Below, one piece after another: positions 12,674 through 25,300 of a stretch of 64,000 bases of DNA (positions are counted from its first letter, which is position 1; every line of letters begins with the position of its first letter). The DNA is taken from NCBI GenBank assembly GCA_030141605.1, contig JAQGDQ010000020.1, forward strand, positions 186,001-250,000, in the 5' to 3' direction. The position numbers and the translations under genes were made by a program. The DNA comes from Tubiluchus corallicola (lineage: Eukaryota; Animalia; Priapulida). A model generated the notes under the pieces. That model saw only the letters and a list, made by a program, of their open reading frames with translations. It was not told the origin of the DNA and ran no database searches.

Positions 12674-15600
12674 TCAAGCTTCACTCTCTGTTGGCTGGTT
12701 CCCAGTGTCATCTTCCAATATAGGAACGATCAAGTTGTCCTTGGACATCAGATTGTATTTCGTAACAAACATGGTAAACCTCTTACATAAGTGGGTGTCA
12801 TTCTAAACAGAAAAAACTCATTCAAAGAGTTCTGTAAACATCAAACCAGCAGTAAAATACAAAGCATGGTGTTTGTAAAGTGTCATTTAATTTAAATGAA
12901 AACATTTGCAAAACTACTTTTAGGCAACAAATTAAACAACTTTTATCTTAAAACCTACTGCCAACACTGGGCTAGAAAAACATTTTATCTATTATAATTT
13001 ACAGTAAACCTTTGATTAAATTGTTTAAACTTTTGTAATGTGGTAAGAGTAACATCTTTTTGACAAAGAGTTACTTTTCCAGTCAAGTAACTTAAACTGT
13101 AATTACACTTTCCTTGTAAAAATAAAGTAAAGACTGTTACTCACCTAACATAACTAGCTAACTTACAACTCTGTGTTGGTTATCAATATTTACAAGATGA
13201 AACTGCCTGACACACATAAGGCTAATTCATACAATGAATGGGCAAATTTTCATGAATTTATTCTTACTTAAATGCACTTAAATATAATGACATAATTATT
13301 AGAGTGTACAATAGCAGTATGTAATAAAAGACAATGGAAATTGGAAGGGCCTGGATTCAAATCCTCGACCTTGAGCAAAGAGAATGGGCATTGGCAAAGC
13401 AAGGCCTATGCAATGGCTCATCACATTGTTGTGCTTTTAGGTTTTCCATGCAGAGAGGAACACCAGAACAGTTAAATGTTTTCTACGTGTACTCTAAACA
13501 GCTAATGCTAGTACAAAGAAAATAGAAAACATGTATTTGTCTGTGCCAGGCTTAACTACTTAATGGTTGTTATTAGTGGTTAAGTTGTTCTTGCTTATCG
13601 AACATTCTTATTTGTTTGCACTTCTTTTCAGCAGGAGCAAAGTCATTTAGGCAAGAGCCAAACACTGGATAACACTTAAAGAAAACACACTGAATCTTAA
13701 ATAATGTGGTACATATTGTGTATGTTAGCCATAAAATGAGAAACTTATTGGTGATGGGGAAAATAAATTCTAGAAATACTAAGGAAAAGGCATACCTCAA
13801 ATTCATCAAAAAGTTCTCTGTGATGGAAATATGCATGGGAAAATATTCTGTACACACGTCGACATACAGAACCAAGTTTTGCTACTGAAGATTCTTTTAT
13901 ACTGACCCTGCAAAAACACATGTAACATTCACACCCTCAAAATAATTATCACTAGTATTACACAAATTAAAATGTGCAGGAAGACGCATCATAATTACAT
14001 AATGCCGAATATTGTAAAAGAGTAAAATATTTTTAACTTCACTGGTTAATTATATAGAGACAAACAATGAAACTAATGAATGCAGTAAAAAGTGAAAAAA
14101 AACAATAAGATTAAATACACAAAAAAAAAACTATTACAGATTGTTATGTAAATGTCAATACTGTCAATTAGTAGAAGCATTAATACCTGCTAGGGAAATA
14201 CTTGTTGCTGTTAAGCAAACATGCAGCTCCATCTAGTGTGTGTCTAGTGTAATCAATTGCTGGACACTGAAAGCAAATTTTCTGTTTAACAAAACTTTCA
14301 AAAAGCAGCAAGTCACTCTGAAATAATACACAGTTTAGAAGTTTAAATTATTGGAAAAAAAGCCATTTATTTTTATAATTTGCCATTGACTAGTATTTTC
14401 AGGTAAAAAAAAATAAACTCACTTCTTTAGGTGTTTTGTGTGCAGCACAGAGAAAAATCCATTGTTCAGTTGCTGTCATTTGCGTACAAGTTTCAGGCTG
14501 GCATTCACCCTAAGAACAACAAAAAGGCGTCAGTGAGTTGTTAGCAAAACTACCATACTTAATAACAAAAGTAGTAACAATCTTCAATACAGAAGGAGTG
14601 TAATCAATTATTGAATTTTATATTAATGTTTGTAAATTTAATCAATTGTAAACATTTGCTAAGCAATATATAAATAATAATAATAATAATAATAATAATA
14701 AACCAACAAATTAGATTTCTTGTTGTACCATTATCTTTTGGTTTATTGCTTTATAAATTTAATACAAATCACTAGGTCAGAAAGTGGTTAGTAAAAATGA
14801 ATAAGCTTTCCATTTTTCAAATGTTCTACCTTTTTCAATGAATAAAACAATATCAAAATGAAAATAATGGTCACTAAACGTATGCATATTATTTATAATA
14901 AAAATCCACGCTAGTTACACAAAGTTCATGTGAAATGCTCACTTACTTTAAAATTTTGAATGAAAGCAAAGAACTGCTATATAAACATTCAAATTACGGT
15001 GTCATATAAGCTTAAGTTCATAGACTTCAGATTAGCACTGTACCTGTAGTTTTACAGCCAGTCCATTTAGTTCTAAACAAAATTGACGAAGATGTTCATA
15101 TTTCCACACCCCTTCGTCCTGACCTTCTGGAGGTGTAAGAATTTCAGCTATGTTCATAGGATCTTTTCGTATTGTTTGCTGGATAAACTACATATGTAGA
15201 AACAGGTTTATAATGCTCGATGAATTCTGTAATAAGCTGCTTCGTTCTGTTTTTGTTACTGGATATTCAAATGCTTATATAATAGACCGACAATATACTG
15301 ATTATTAATAAGCTAGACAATATTATAGTTGAAGTATCAGAAATTCAATATAATTCCACTTAGCTGATGTTTCTTTATTAAACAGGTAAATCAAACTAAA
15401 GCAACAAAGTATTAGAATTTCATGTAACTGATGGGTACTGGAAAAATGTTTGTTATGTATTCAACGAGCATTTATATGCACATATTAATATGAAAATCCT
15501 ATAGTAACAATTTCAAATTCTTAAGCTAACCCAGCATCAACCAAACGTTGTTTGCTCGTACTTTATTTTAATATAAAATGCAGCTGTATGCTGTAACTAA

Positions 15601-18600
15601 TACTAATTTATATTGCTGGTATTAGAGCACTTAGATTGCATAGTTTCCAGCAACAACCCCCCAGATTTAGATGCAAATATGCAGCAAAAAAAATTTGATT
15701 TGGTTTATAATTAGTGATTAATTTACAATTCTAAATCTCGTCTAACGGAGGATCACAAACTGTTTCAAAAATTTAAATAGGACCATCCCGATATCGAGCA
15801 GAAAACTTAACTTTAAGTGAAAGCCAGAAGCTTAACACAGAAAACAGCAATTCGTCATGCTTTCATACTCAAACCGCAAAAAGAAAAACTTTAATCACAA
15901 TCAAACAAAAATATTAATTATTCTGATACCTGCTGTACAGCCAGTGTGCTATCCATTTCCTCAAATGGTTCTTCTGGCCATTTTGAAAAATCCTACAGAA
16001 AAATAATAATTTCATTTACACAGGTACACCATTTACTTTAGTTCAGAGTAATAATGATCTTTATTTAAAGTTGATTTTAAGTTCAACATACATCACGAGA
16101 GTCTGGCAATATGGCGTACCTTGGGAAAACTGAAACCACAACAACTTTGACACTTTTCCAAAGACATATAATTTTCAAAGTCTTCCAGAAAAATTCACAG
16201 TATTTTTTATCCCACAAAATTTGTACTGCTAAATTAATTTTTATTCTATATTTCAAGACAAGGAAGTCAAAGAAGTCAAGAATGAAATAAATGGTTTTAT
16301 AGACATATATTTAATACAAATAGTTCATAAACTGACAAAATGGAATTTGTAAAAAACTAAAACAGGTTCCATTCTTTAAATTAAATTACTGTACTGTACT
16401 AAATTATCTATGTTTAGTTTAATTAATGGAAGATATCACACTTTGTATACATTATACTGTAATTTCCACAATGATAAATTATGTGATGTATACCTTACCT
16501 GTATATATTTAGTGCTACTGTACTAAGTTACCTGTATGTACTCATACTAGGCACCTGAACTTATAAACACTTAAGTATAAATCTAGAAAAATATTTTTGT
16601 CTGCCATTAAACCATGGAATGTTGAACAATGAACATGCCTAGATGTGCAAAGCAGCATTCTGGATTAAGTATGAGAGAAGTAAGCTGTTAACTGGCCAAG
16701 AACACTCAAATCATTCAATAAGAGACTGCACCACACTGCATTACTAATTAATATAGTAGTGACCTGGTGTTAAGGCAGGGGGAGGTATTTTGTTAAAGGA
16801 AAGCAGGTAATTTGAAAGAAAATCCTCATTTTATTTTCTAAATTGCTTTGTCACTTAATAAGACATTCACTAGTTAGAGGTACTATGCGAATATTTACTT
16901 TTCAAACAATGAATGTTCATTCAGCCAATCTAGGTAATTTGTTAGTCCTTAGAAGTTTTTACTCACCAACAATAAGCCAAGCTCACCAGTGAGCACTAAT
17001 AAGCAGAAATGTAGTAAAACAGAATTTTAAGAAACTTCCATCCTAATGTCAAGCATCTGCTGTGTCAGATAATGGATAAAAAATTGTCTTGGAACAAGTA
17101 CAAGAGTAGGGATGTGCGGTTGCTATTACTGGGCGAACGTACAAGGCTTCACTAGTTTTTTTTATTTGGGACACTATAATAACTTTCCTGTTTTTGTTCA
17201 GGGTCTATTCTATTAACTGCGTAGGCCAAATAACAATGGCTCTGGCAAATCAATTTCTAGTACTGAATAGATACAGATTGTGAATCCTTATAGACATGAT
17301 AAAATAATGAATAAAAACCACTGTTAATTTTTCCAATAAATTTCTTCTTAATTTTCAACCCTAAAATTCTGAAATTTTTTCAAACACGAGAACCATCAGC
17401 CAACCCACTGGGCAGGCATTTAAGTCTGTGATATACACAGTCCAACAGTAGTCAGCAGCAGGAATTATAAGTGCGCTTGCAAACCAAAATCGTCAATAAG
17501 TTGGCATAACTAAAACTACGTTATGACGCTTCAAAGTAGAATGCACTAAAAATTTGGTCAAATATCAATTTTTTGTTTTTTATAAAATCAAATGTTAAAT
17601 ATATTGCACTTTTATATTCTGGCATCAAATTATCAAGATAATGTTCAAAAAGTACTAAAAATTTAATGTTATAAACCCCTATCCACTTTTCTGGCTAGAA
17701 ACTAGTAATGCAATTGTAAAAAACTTGTATTTTGAAACTCTGATAGTAGCTTGTGGAAGCAGCCATTTTGCTTCGGGTTTTTTTTGTTGCGAAGCCCAGA
17801 TCTTAATCAGGAAGTGCCATCTACTGGATTAAAACATAACTTCAATGTGTTCTTGCAAAGTCCATAGCAACCAACATTTGTGCGGTTGCTAAGTGTTTTG
17901 CAGAAACGTGATAAAAAACAATGGCTAACTTTAAAAGCGATTTTCTCAAGATTAAGTTTTTCAGTGCGCAGCCTACACTTCATCTTCAATGTGAATTATC
18001 TCAGCATAGAAATAACATAGAGTGATGAGCTTGGTATCAAAATGATCCTCACAAAATGGAAATTCAGGATATGTGAATAACTAGAAAAGCTTAATTGACA
18101 ATTATTTCACACTGAATCCAGCAAAACAATTTGTGGTCAATATCTTCAGCAGCATTAGCACAGTTAACTGTAAGCAACAGTAAGCCTTTTTACAATAAAA
18201 AGTATAAAGTTTACTCTTTAAAGTAAAAAAAATTGAACCAAAAACTTGCAATAAGAAAAAAGGCTTTAATGCCACTCTGACACACTTATTTAACGTACAT
18301 AATTCAGTTCAGGCACTCCTTACGACTTAACTGTTGAACAGTGATGCATCTTATATTTTTTGCACTCTAGTTGCATGCATCTGATATTCGGGAGCATTTT
18401 ATATTCTGTTTAATATATATAGAGCGTCTAATAATTATACTCTTCCTTTATAGTAATACTAACAGGAAGAATTCAAGATTCAAATGGTAAATCAGGTAAG
18501 TGACAGTTACATAGTGAATCAGTGCTAAGCCAATGTTTTATGTAGTTACTGCTGTCAATGTTGTTGCATTCCTGTAGCCTTATTCAGAATAAACTAAACT

Positions 18601-19161
18601 AAACTAAACAGTAAACTATTTTACCAACCTGAATTACTTCCAAGTTAAGGTGGCCTAACTCGGTACCATGACAACGGCATAAACTTCCTTTATATTTAGC
18701 CCACTAATGCTCATCTACATAACTTTGTGCAATGCTATAGTATACACCCTTCATGTGCCAACATAAATAAAAATTATAAAGACCACAAAAACTGCCTTAA
18801 CAGTTTTCGATGTGCTTAAGTTGAGGAAATGTTAATAATTTAGTTTTTTTACCTTCAGAATAACAATCACAGATAGTATATAACAATGAGTTACAAAGTT
18901 TAGAGAAGACATAAGAACTTTTATTTCACACATAACAAGATATGCAGATCGTAGTCAGTTGACAAGTAAATATTTAAATAATGTGGGGAAAGGGAACGAC
19001 CATACGGTCTTCTGCTCCCTTTCCCCTAGAAGGGCGCCGAAAACTACAGCGTTTTTATTTCAGTGATCGGTTAATGTTATCCCGGTTAGTTAGAAGTGTT
19101 AAACTACCTCAGCCTTAGTTCCTGGCCGATTTCTTCTCAAAACAACGATTGCATCCGACAT
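12674..19161 (-). CDS. MOB4: MOB kinase activator-like 4 (phocein), 222 aa, 7 exons
   Basis: Exons 19161-19108, 15992-15930, 15187-15044, 14509-14423, 14266-14187, 13907-13796, 12802-12674 give [39 protein letters not shown]...[24 protein letters not shown]...[65 protein letters not shown]...[14 protein letters not shown]...ESEA*, a close match to known phocein. Confidence 0.97.
18666..18820. repeat. Left arm of a diverged inverted repeat (partner 19571-19732)
   Basis: Shares colinear blocks TAAACTTCCTT, CCCACTAATGCTC, TACACCCTTCA-x-GTGCCA, TAAAGACCA and TCGATGTGCTTAAG with the reverse complement of 19571-19732. Confidence 0.85.
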
Positions 19162-19536
19162 TTTGGTTTCTTCCGTATGTTCCATAACAACAAAGAAATC
19201 TGACCGCGCAGTATGCACCGATCAGTTAACTTCCGTCCTACAACGCGCACCTTGAATGAAACCAGAGAGACAAATTATGATTAGTTACATATTTACAAAA
19301 AAAACATTACACTCAAAATTGTACAACGAAAAATAAACACAATAAATAAATAATTTAGCGAAAAATAACAATATTAACTTTCAAATTTTTACTCAATAAT
19401 AGAAAATACTATAAAAGAATACCACTGATCACTATAGTGACCAATTATAATTGCAAAACAAGCACATTTTTAAATGGCTGTGTAATGATAACGACTTTTA
19501 TCAGACTGTGTATACGTTCTTTAACGCAAAGTTGAC

Positions 19537-19732
19537 AAAAATGCTGTAGTTTTCAGCATTTTTATATTTTCTTAAGCACATCGAGTTGAGGTGGATGGGT
19601 TTTTTCTGGTCTTTACAGTTTATATTTGTACTGGCACGTGAAGGGTGTACAGCAGTGCGCAAAGTCATGTAGTCGAGCATTAGTGGGTTAAACCTGAAGG
19701 AAGTTTATTAAAGTTAACATAACATGTCATGG
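19537..19732. repeat. Right arm of the inverted repeat upstream of MOB4
   Basis: 19571-19732 is the reverse complement of 18666-18820, and 19537-19558 is the reverse complement of about 19035-19056 (GAAAACTACAGC). Confidence 0.85.
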
Positions 19733-20099
19733 AATCAATTCATAAGTTCACCAGCAGCACATCACAACATCTCACATGATCGGTACGTAAATTTTACGTT
19801 AACACAGTATTCACTCACACATTGAAGTAAATAACCTCAGTATACACGTATCGTCACCTTAGTTTCAGTTAATTTTCTTGCCAGTGTATTTATTTTATTT
19901 CAGACCCCCCTTTAAAGTAGTCAGCTCTCGCATATAAGTATAATGAAACGTCTATAAAATCCTTTTTTCTTTTTGCTACACTGACTGCATTTCCTTCTCA
20001 AATGGCTAATGTCATAGGCTAAAATTGATTGATTAGTATAGCAATGCGAAAAATATGGCTCCCACACAGTGACACAACTGTATGCTTCGCTCTCTCAAG

Positions 20100-20280
20100 T
20101 CGGACTTCACAATCTCCAAATTTGTTCATCAACACCAAGGCTGAACTGTTGCCTACTTTGCATCAGCATCGAATTACTTAAGAAAACCGATTTCGCAATA
20201 TTGGGTGTGGCTCTACTAGACGCCTGCCATCTTCTTGTAATTTCAACCGAAACTCTGTAATAATAAATAATAATAATAAA
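20100..20280 (+). mobile_element. Probable 3' remnant of an RLE-type (R4/Dong/NeSL-like) non-LTR retrotransposon
   Basis: Peptide ...TPRL...ISIELLKKT..AILG resembles the C-terminal LQKTAILG motif of RLE LINEs and is followed by a (TAA)n tail at 20258-20280. Confidence 0.35.
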
Positions 20281-21185
20281 ACCTTTTCATCACAATTTTT
20301 TCCAATAAATCACTATCTAACATTTTACCATCCAATATCTCAATTGTCGAAAGCCACTTCAAAGAAGATCTTGACATTTATCCACATTTGTTAGTATTCA
20401 ACATAGATACTGGAGAAGAATGAAATCTTAGTGTTCCATTTGCTTGTGCAGGCGGGCTGCTGCTATTTGCCAGGTTATTTTTTAATGGCTCCCTGAATGC
20501 ACCTAGCATTTCATGATGTCAAATTACCATTCTTAGAACATTTATTGATGCATATCGTTTAGTTTACTGTTGTTTTGAAGGCAGACTTGCCAGTTTCGTG
20601 AATAAACCACTAGCAGTATGCAATTATAGCAGATAAACAGCAAAATTAATCTATGATCCACAATACTGACAATAAAGGCCTGTTCAGTCTGTCTAATGTT
20701 CACTAGTTTACCCACTATTGCAAGCAACCTTGGCAATACAATTTATTCTGTTATGCAGTTACAAAGTATGTGAAATTCTCTACTTATACGTGTAAGACTT
20801 TTTTCAGGTGTTTCCCCCGAAAAATAATTAAAACCCTAGTTGTAAGTAACGATGCTTTCGAGGGAATCAAAACCTTCGCTATAGCTTAAATAACAATAAT
20901 AAGTCACCGAGGTTTCCTGTTGGCTGGAAAAAGAAAGAAGCCATACAACCTGTTAAATGCTCATCAGTACATTCTTTTGTTGTTATTAATGATAATGGGT
21001 GCGTGTCGGTGTGGACGTGCTAATTTAACACAAGCAGTGGTAAATTACTACTGGATACAATAATAGTACTATGATTAATGCAACAATACTGAACCACTGT
21101 TTCTTGTAGAAGGTTACCCGTATGTTTTCAAGAAGTATTGCAATATAATGAGCTGGGCATGTCTCTCCTTGAATTACTGCTCCGA

Positions 21186-21211
21186 TTATATATATATATA
21201 TATATATATAT
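21186..21211. repeat. (TA)n microsatellite
   Basis: Directly visible. Confidence 0.9.
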
Positions 21212-21839
21212 CCCCCAAGTTTGCAGACTGTGCTAGTTATATAGGCAGTTGGCATAGAGGCTTCACATTTTAGTATTGAAGGCATGCCAGGTTCTCTATT
21301 GTTTCAGCAGTACCCTGATGTAATAAATTGGCATGATACTTTTTGTTGTGCACTATTACTCATTTTTTACACTCCTGTAGCAAAAAGTTATGTGTAACGC
21401 TCATTCATCCAGTAATTCCTGTATTACTATTCAATTCAATTCAATTTAATTCAAGTTGATTTTCTCAATAACAGTTAAAAATTCGACATGATTTATTAAG
21501 ATTTTAATGCAACTGAGAAAGGCCTATTGGTCACTTGATTTTTACATGTAATACATGTTTACTTACAGGCACATGACATTTTTGGTGATTATTATAAAAA
21601 AACATTACAGTATTAAAAATAGATTGTGCATACTTAATCACTTAATCTAGTCAAATTTTTAAAGAATGGAGAAATAGTAAGAGACAATTTCATGATACCT
21701 GAATACAAGGTTACATTTTAAATAATAATAATAGTTATACTATAATTATGCATAAATTTATGATAAAAATGAAACAGACACAGTAATGTCAAAATGCAAT
21801 ACAAAAACAAATCAATAAATATATCTCATATCAAATGAA

Positions 21840-22025
21840 AACAGAAAAAGCAAACAAAATTCTGCAAAGCAAACAAAAATTATCAAAGAATAAAATGATT
21901 ATATCAAGCAAAACTCAATTCAACTCAAGGTAAAAAGAAGTTATCACAAGCAAAGCAAAACAGAATTCAGCTTAAAGCAAGAAATTATATCAAGCAAAAG
22001 CAACAAAAAATCAACTCAAGGCAGG
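21840..22025. repeat. Degenerate A-rich tandem repeat, unit about 45 bp
   Basis: Recurring ATTATATCAAGCAAAA and ATCAACTCAAGG/TTCAACTCAAGG blocks. Confidence 0.6.
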
Positions 22026-22342
22026 ACTTAAGTAAAGCTATTCGTAGCAGTCCAGCAGAAAATGTAATAATCCCTCTAGTCGTTATTATTATGGAATGCT
22101 GAGTCGAATTCACAGTCTTCTCTACAATAAAACAATATAAACTGAACAGGTTAGCTCAGAGTAAACTTGTCATCATTCAGGCTCTTGCCTTTTGCGTGCC
22201 TCTGTTACGGCTTTTGCTTGTCATGCATGATAAATTTGTGTAACTTAATTATTAAATTTTTAAATACACTTTTTATGTGTATAATCTGTAAAAGAGAAAT
22301 ATCGCTATTTATTAGTTTGTCATTACATTTCATTTAGTTACC

Positions 22343-25300
22343 ATGGTAAGTCTAATATTTATTTACCCTCAATATTTATTAATTCATAAATTGAATTCCC
22401 TCGCATAGTTAAACAGTATCTAAAAGTTGAAGCTGTGAAAAAGTGTGATGATATGATAAAACTGAGATTTATGGAAAATAGTGTGGAAATTTTGGGAACA
22501 GGCAATAAATTATGTGATGGAGTGTGATGAAAAAACTGTGTATGAAATTACTGAATTGAAATTAAAGATGATCAAATTAAAGTGTAATTATAAAAATAAG
22601 TGTAAGGATGATTTAATCTGTCCACTGTGTGCGAAGGAGTGTGATACGAATGAATATCTGTTGAAATGTGAAGTAGCTAAAAAGTGTTTGGAAATCGTAA
22701 TGAACGAAGCAGATCTATGTTCAGTAAACACGGGCACACTAGTACTGCTAGTAGTAAGAGTCAATGCTTGGATCAGACAAGTGATAAAATTTAGAGAAAT
22801 CTTGGGGCTCAGTGTAGAGGTGTAAGATCAACAGCGTGACAGGATGCACTTTTCTTTTTGGCTTGCTCCTTTATGATGTGGATATACAGAGCTTGACAGA
22901 AATATCAGAATAGCCTCTGTGAATCGCCTCACAGATGTATCAGCTTAGTGTGGATGCAAGTCTCTGACTATTATGATGATAATATGCGTGTAATATTCAG
23001 TGGTAATTGTAAATTACGACATATTGTATTTTATTAAGATTCTGCTTCACGGCAGAATGTTCTTGTTAATATTGTTTTATTTGTTTTCGTAATAAGACCA
23101 ACAGAGCTTCTTCGTGGCATTTTGCTTCTGTAATTACTAGTGTCTCTCTCCACAAGTTTGCAAGGGCTAAACACTGTACTGATTGTATTCTTCGTCATAG
23201 TTTCCATCCATATCTGCTCCTGCAAAAAATTTTCTGCAACATATACAATCTTCCACAGAGTTTGATGCCTTCAACAGTTTTAATGCAGTAGATGACTCTG
23301 TTCTGTCAATTAACGAAGCACTTGAATAATTCTTTCATATGTTTGACAGTATTCTAAAGTATGAATGACCATTTAAGATACTATCAAGGAAGTAAGCAGA
23401 AATATTTAGGAAACCTTGGATAATGCCTAGGGTCCTTGACCGTAGGAGCGGTTATTATTCACCATACAACTTTCCATGCCCCTGCCCTACATTGTGAATT
23501 TAACTCGAAGTCCTAGGTGTTGAAAGGTTATCAAATGCCTGACTAGTTTCCAGTGTCCTTGACCTTGTCGTTTATCACTCCAGTTTTAAAGCACAAGAAA
23601 ACCTTTCACATCATAAAGCTTAAAAATTCGTCTCCAAATTTTATGCCACTTATGTACTACCTTTTCATATGCATGGCTTGCATCGGCCGTAACGCTGTAT
23701 AAGACATGTAAATTTAAACTCCCGCGATGGCCGTTAGGCACAGCCATTTTAATGGTAGGTCGTTTGAAACAAGTCTTGATAACATTGAGTAAAGTTTGAA
23801 AAAATAATCAGAGCATTAATAGCATACATGTTGCTAATTAAGTAAAATTTTAAATTACTGTATCTTGTCAATAAGATTAAAAATACGTTTTTGGTTAGTG
23901 AGTGTCGCACCCTGGAGGGTGTGTCAGTGACATTTTACCGACTGGCACAAGCATTTTAAATTATTAGTCTAGTTAGATAAGTCTTTCCAGCAGGTAAGTG
24001 AACTGCTAAGTAATATAGATTTGCACGGAAAGTTTTTTGGGTCACAATTTAACATTGCCCTTTCTTCCCTTGATTTACATGGCATAGTGACGTCATGGAA
24101 TGGCACCGTCGAAACAGTATTGCGGGAGATTTAAAATGCAAACAAACGAAAATTCCTTTCAACGCGAACACGATTGTATGTGCATAAAATTGTTGTAAAG
24201 CAATATCATTTTTCAAGGCGATTTTTCTGAAACCTACTTCAGGTGCCCCTTTTCTTGTCCTTTAAGCCCCTTTATTAATCTTAATTTCTACTAACCTTGT
24301 ATATTTAATGGTTTATTGTTTTATTTTGATGTATAAGTAGGTGCTGCATTTAAATATTTGATCTTTTTCAGAGTATACTTGCGTACAACGGCGGTGTGGT
24401 AATGGCCATGAAGGGGAAGGATTGTGTGGCTATTGCCTGTGATAGAAGATTTGGTATTCAGGGGCAAACAATTTCCATGGATTTTGACAAAGTTTTTGAG
24501 ATGAGTCCAAAATTATATGTTGGTTTGCCAGGTTTAGCAACAGATACACAGACAGTGTAAGTGTTGTGCTACCATCAAGTATAAAATAAAATGTGTGCAG
24601 ATTTACTATATTGTAATGATAAGCATTTAGCTTTGTGCTTAGACCTAATCGTAATGTTAAGAGCTAGTCGGCTGTCTTAGCGTACTCTGTGTAACTTCAC
24701 CTTCAAAACCGATGTTAATTAGTACCGTCCTGATTTGATTTTACGAATAACTTAAACAGTAAAAAAAGACATTATTTTGCCAGACATTGTGTAGATAGTT
24801 TGTTGTAAGCTGAAAGTTACAAGCTTATTTTCTCATTATTTTGTGCAAATTGTTTGATAATTAAATAAAAAAGTGTCTTAGTCTTGGTTTCGTACATTTA
24901 ATGCTTTGTTATGATAGGTTACAATTGGTACCTATTCAGGTTCTTTTTACTTTCAGTGCTCTAAGATTAAAGTTTAAAGTTAATCTGTATACTCTGCGGG
25001 AGAACAGGCCATTAAAGCCAAAAACCTTTATGAGCATTGTTTCAAATCTTCTGTATGAAAGAAGGTAAGGAGTTTATATCTTTTATGTTATTCACGTCCA
25101 TTGCATAGTTGTTAATACATGCACGCATGTAAAACCTTTACATATTGGAAAATAAATCATATACATACTAATATTAACAGATAGCCAACTACTATTGTAT
25201 TTTGCATTATTAAAACAGTGCTTTCTTTGCCTATTCCTAGTGACCACCTCCCCAGTTGTTCAGTAATAACTAATTCTTGATTTGGCTTTTGGAATACCTA

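Noticed and set aside
13340-13390. B-box-like GGATTCAAATCC suggesting a tRNA gene
   Set aside because: No A box or cloverleaf; the following CCTTGAGCAA fits a decayed tRNA-derived SINE at best.
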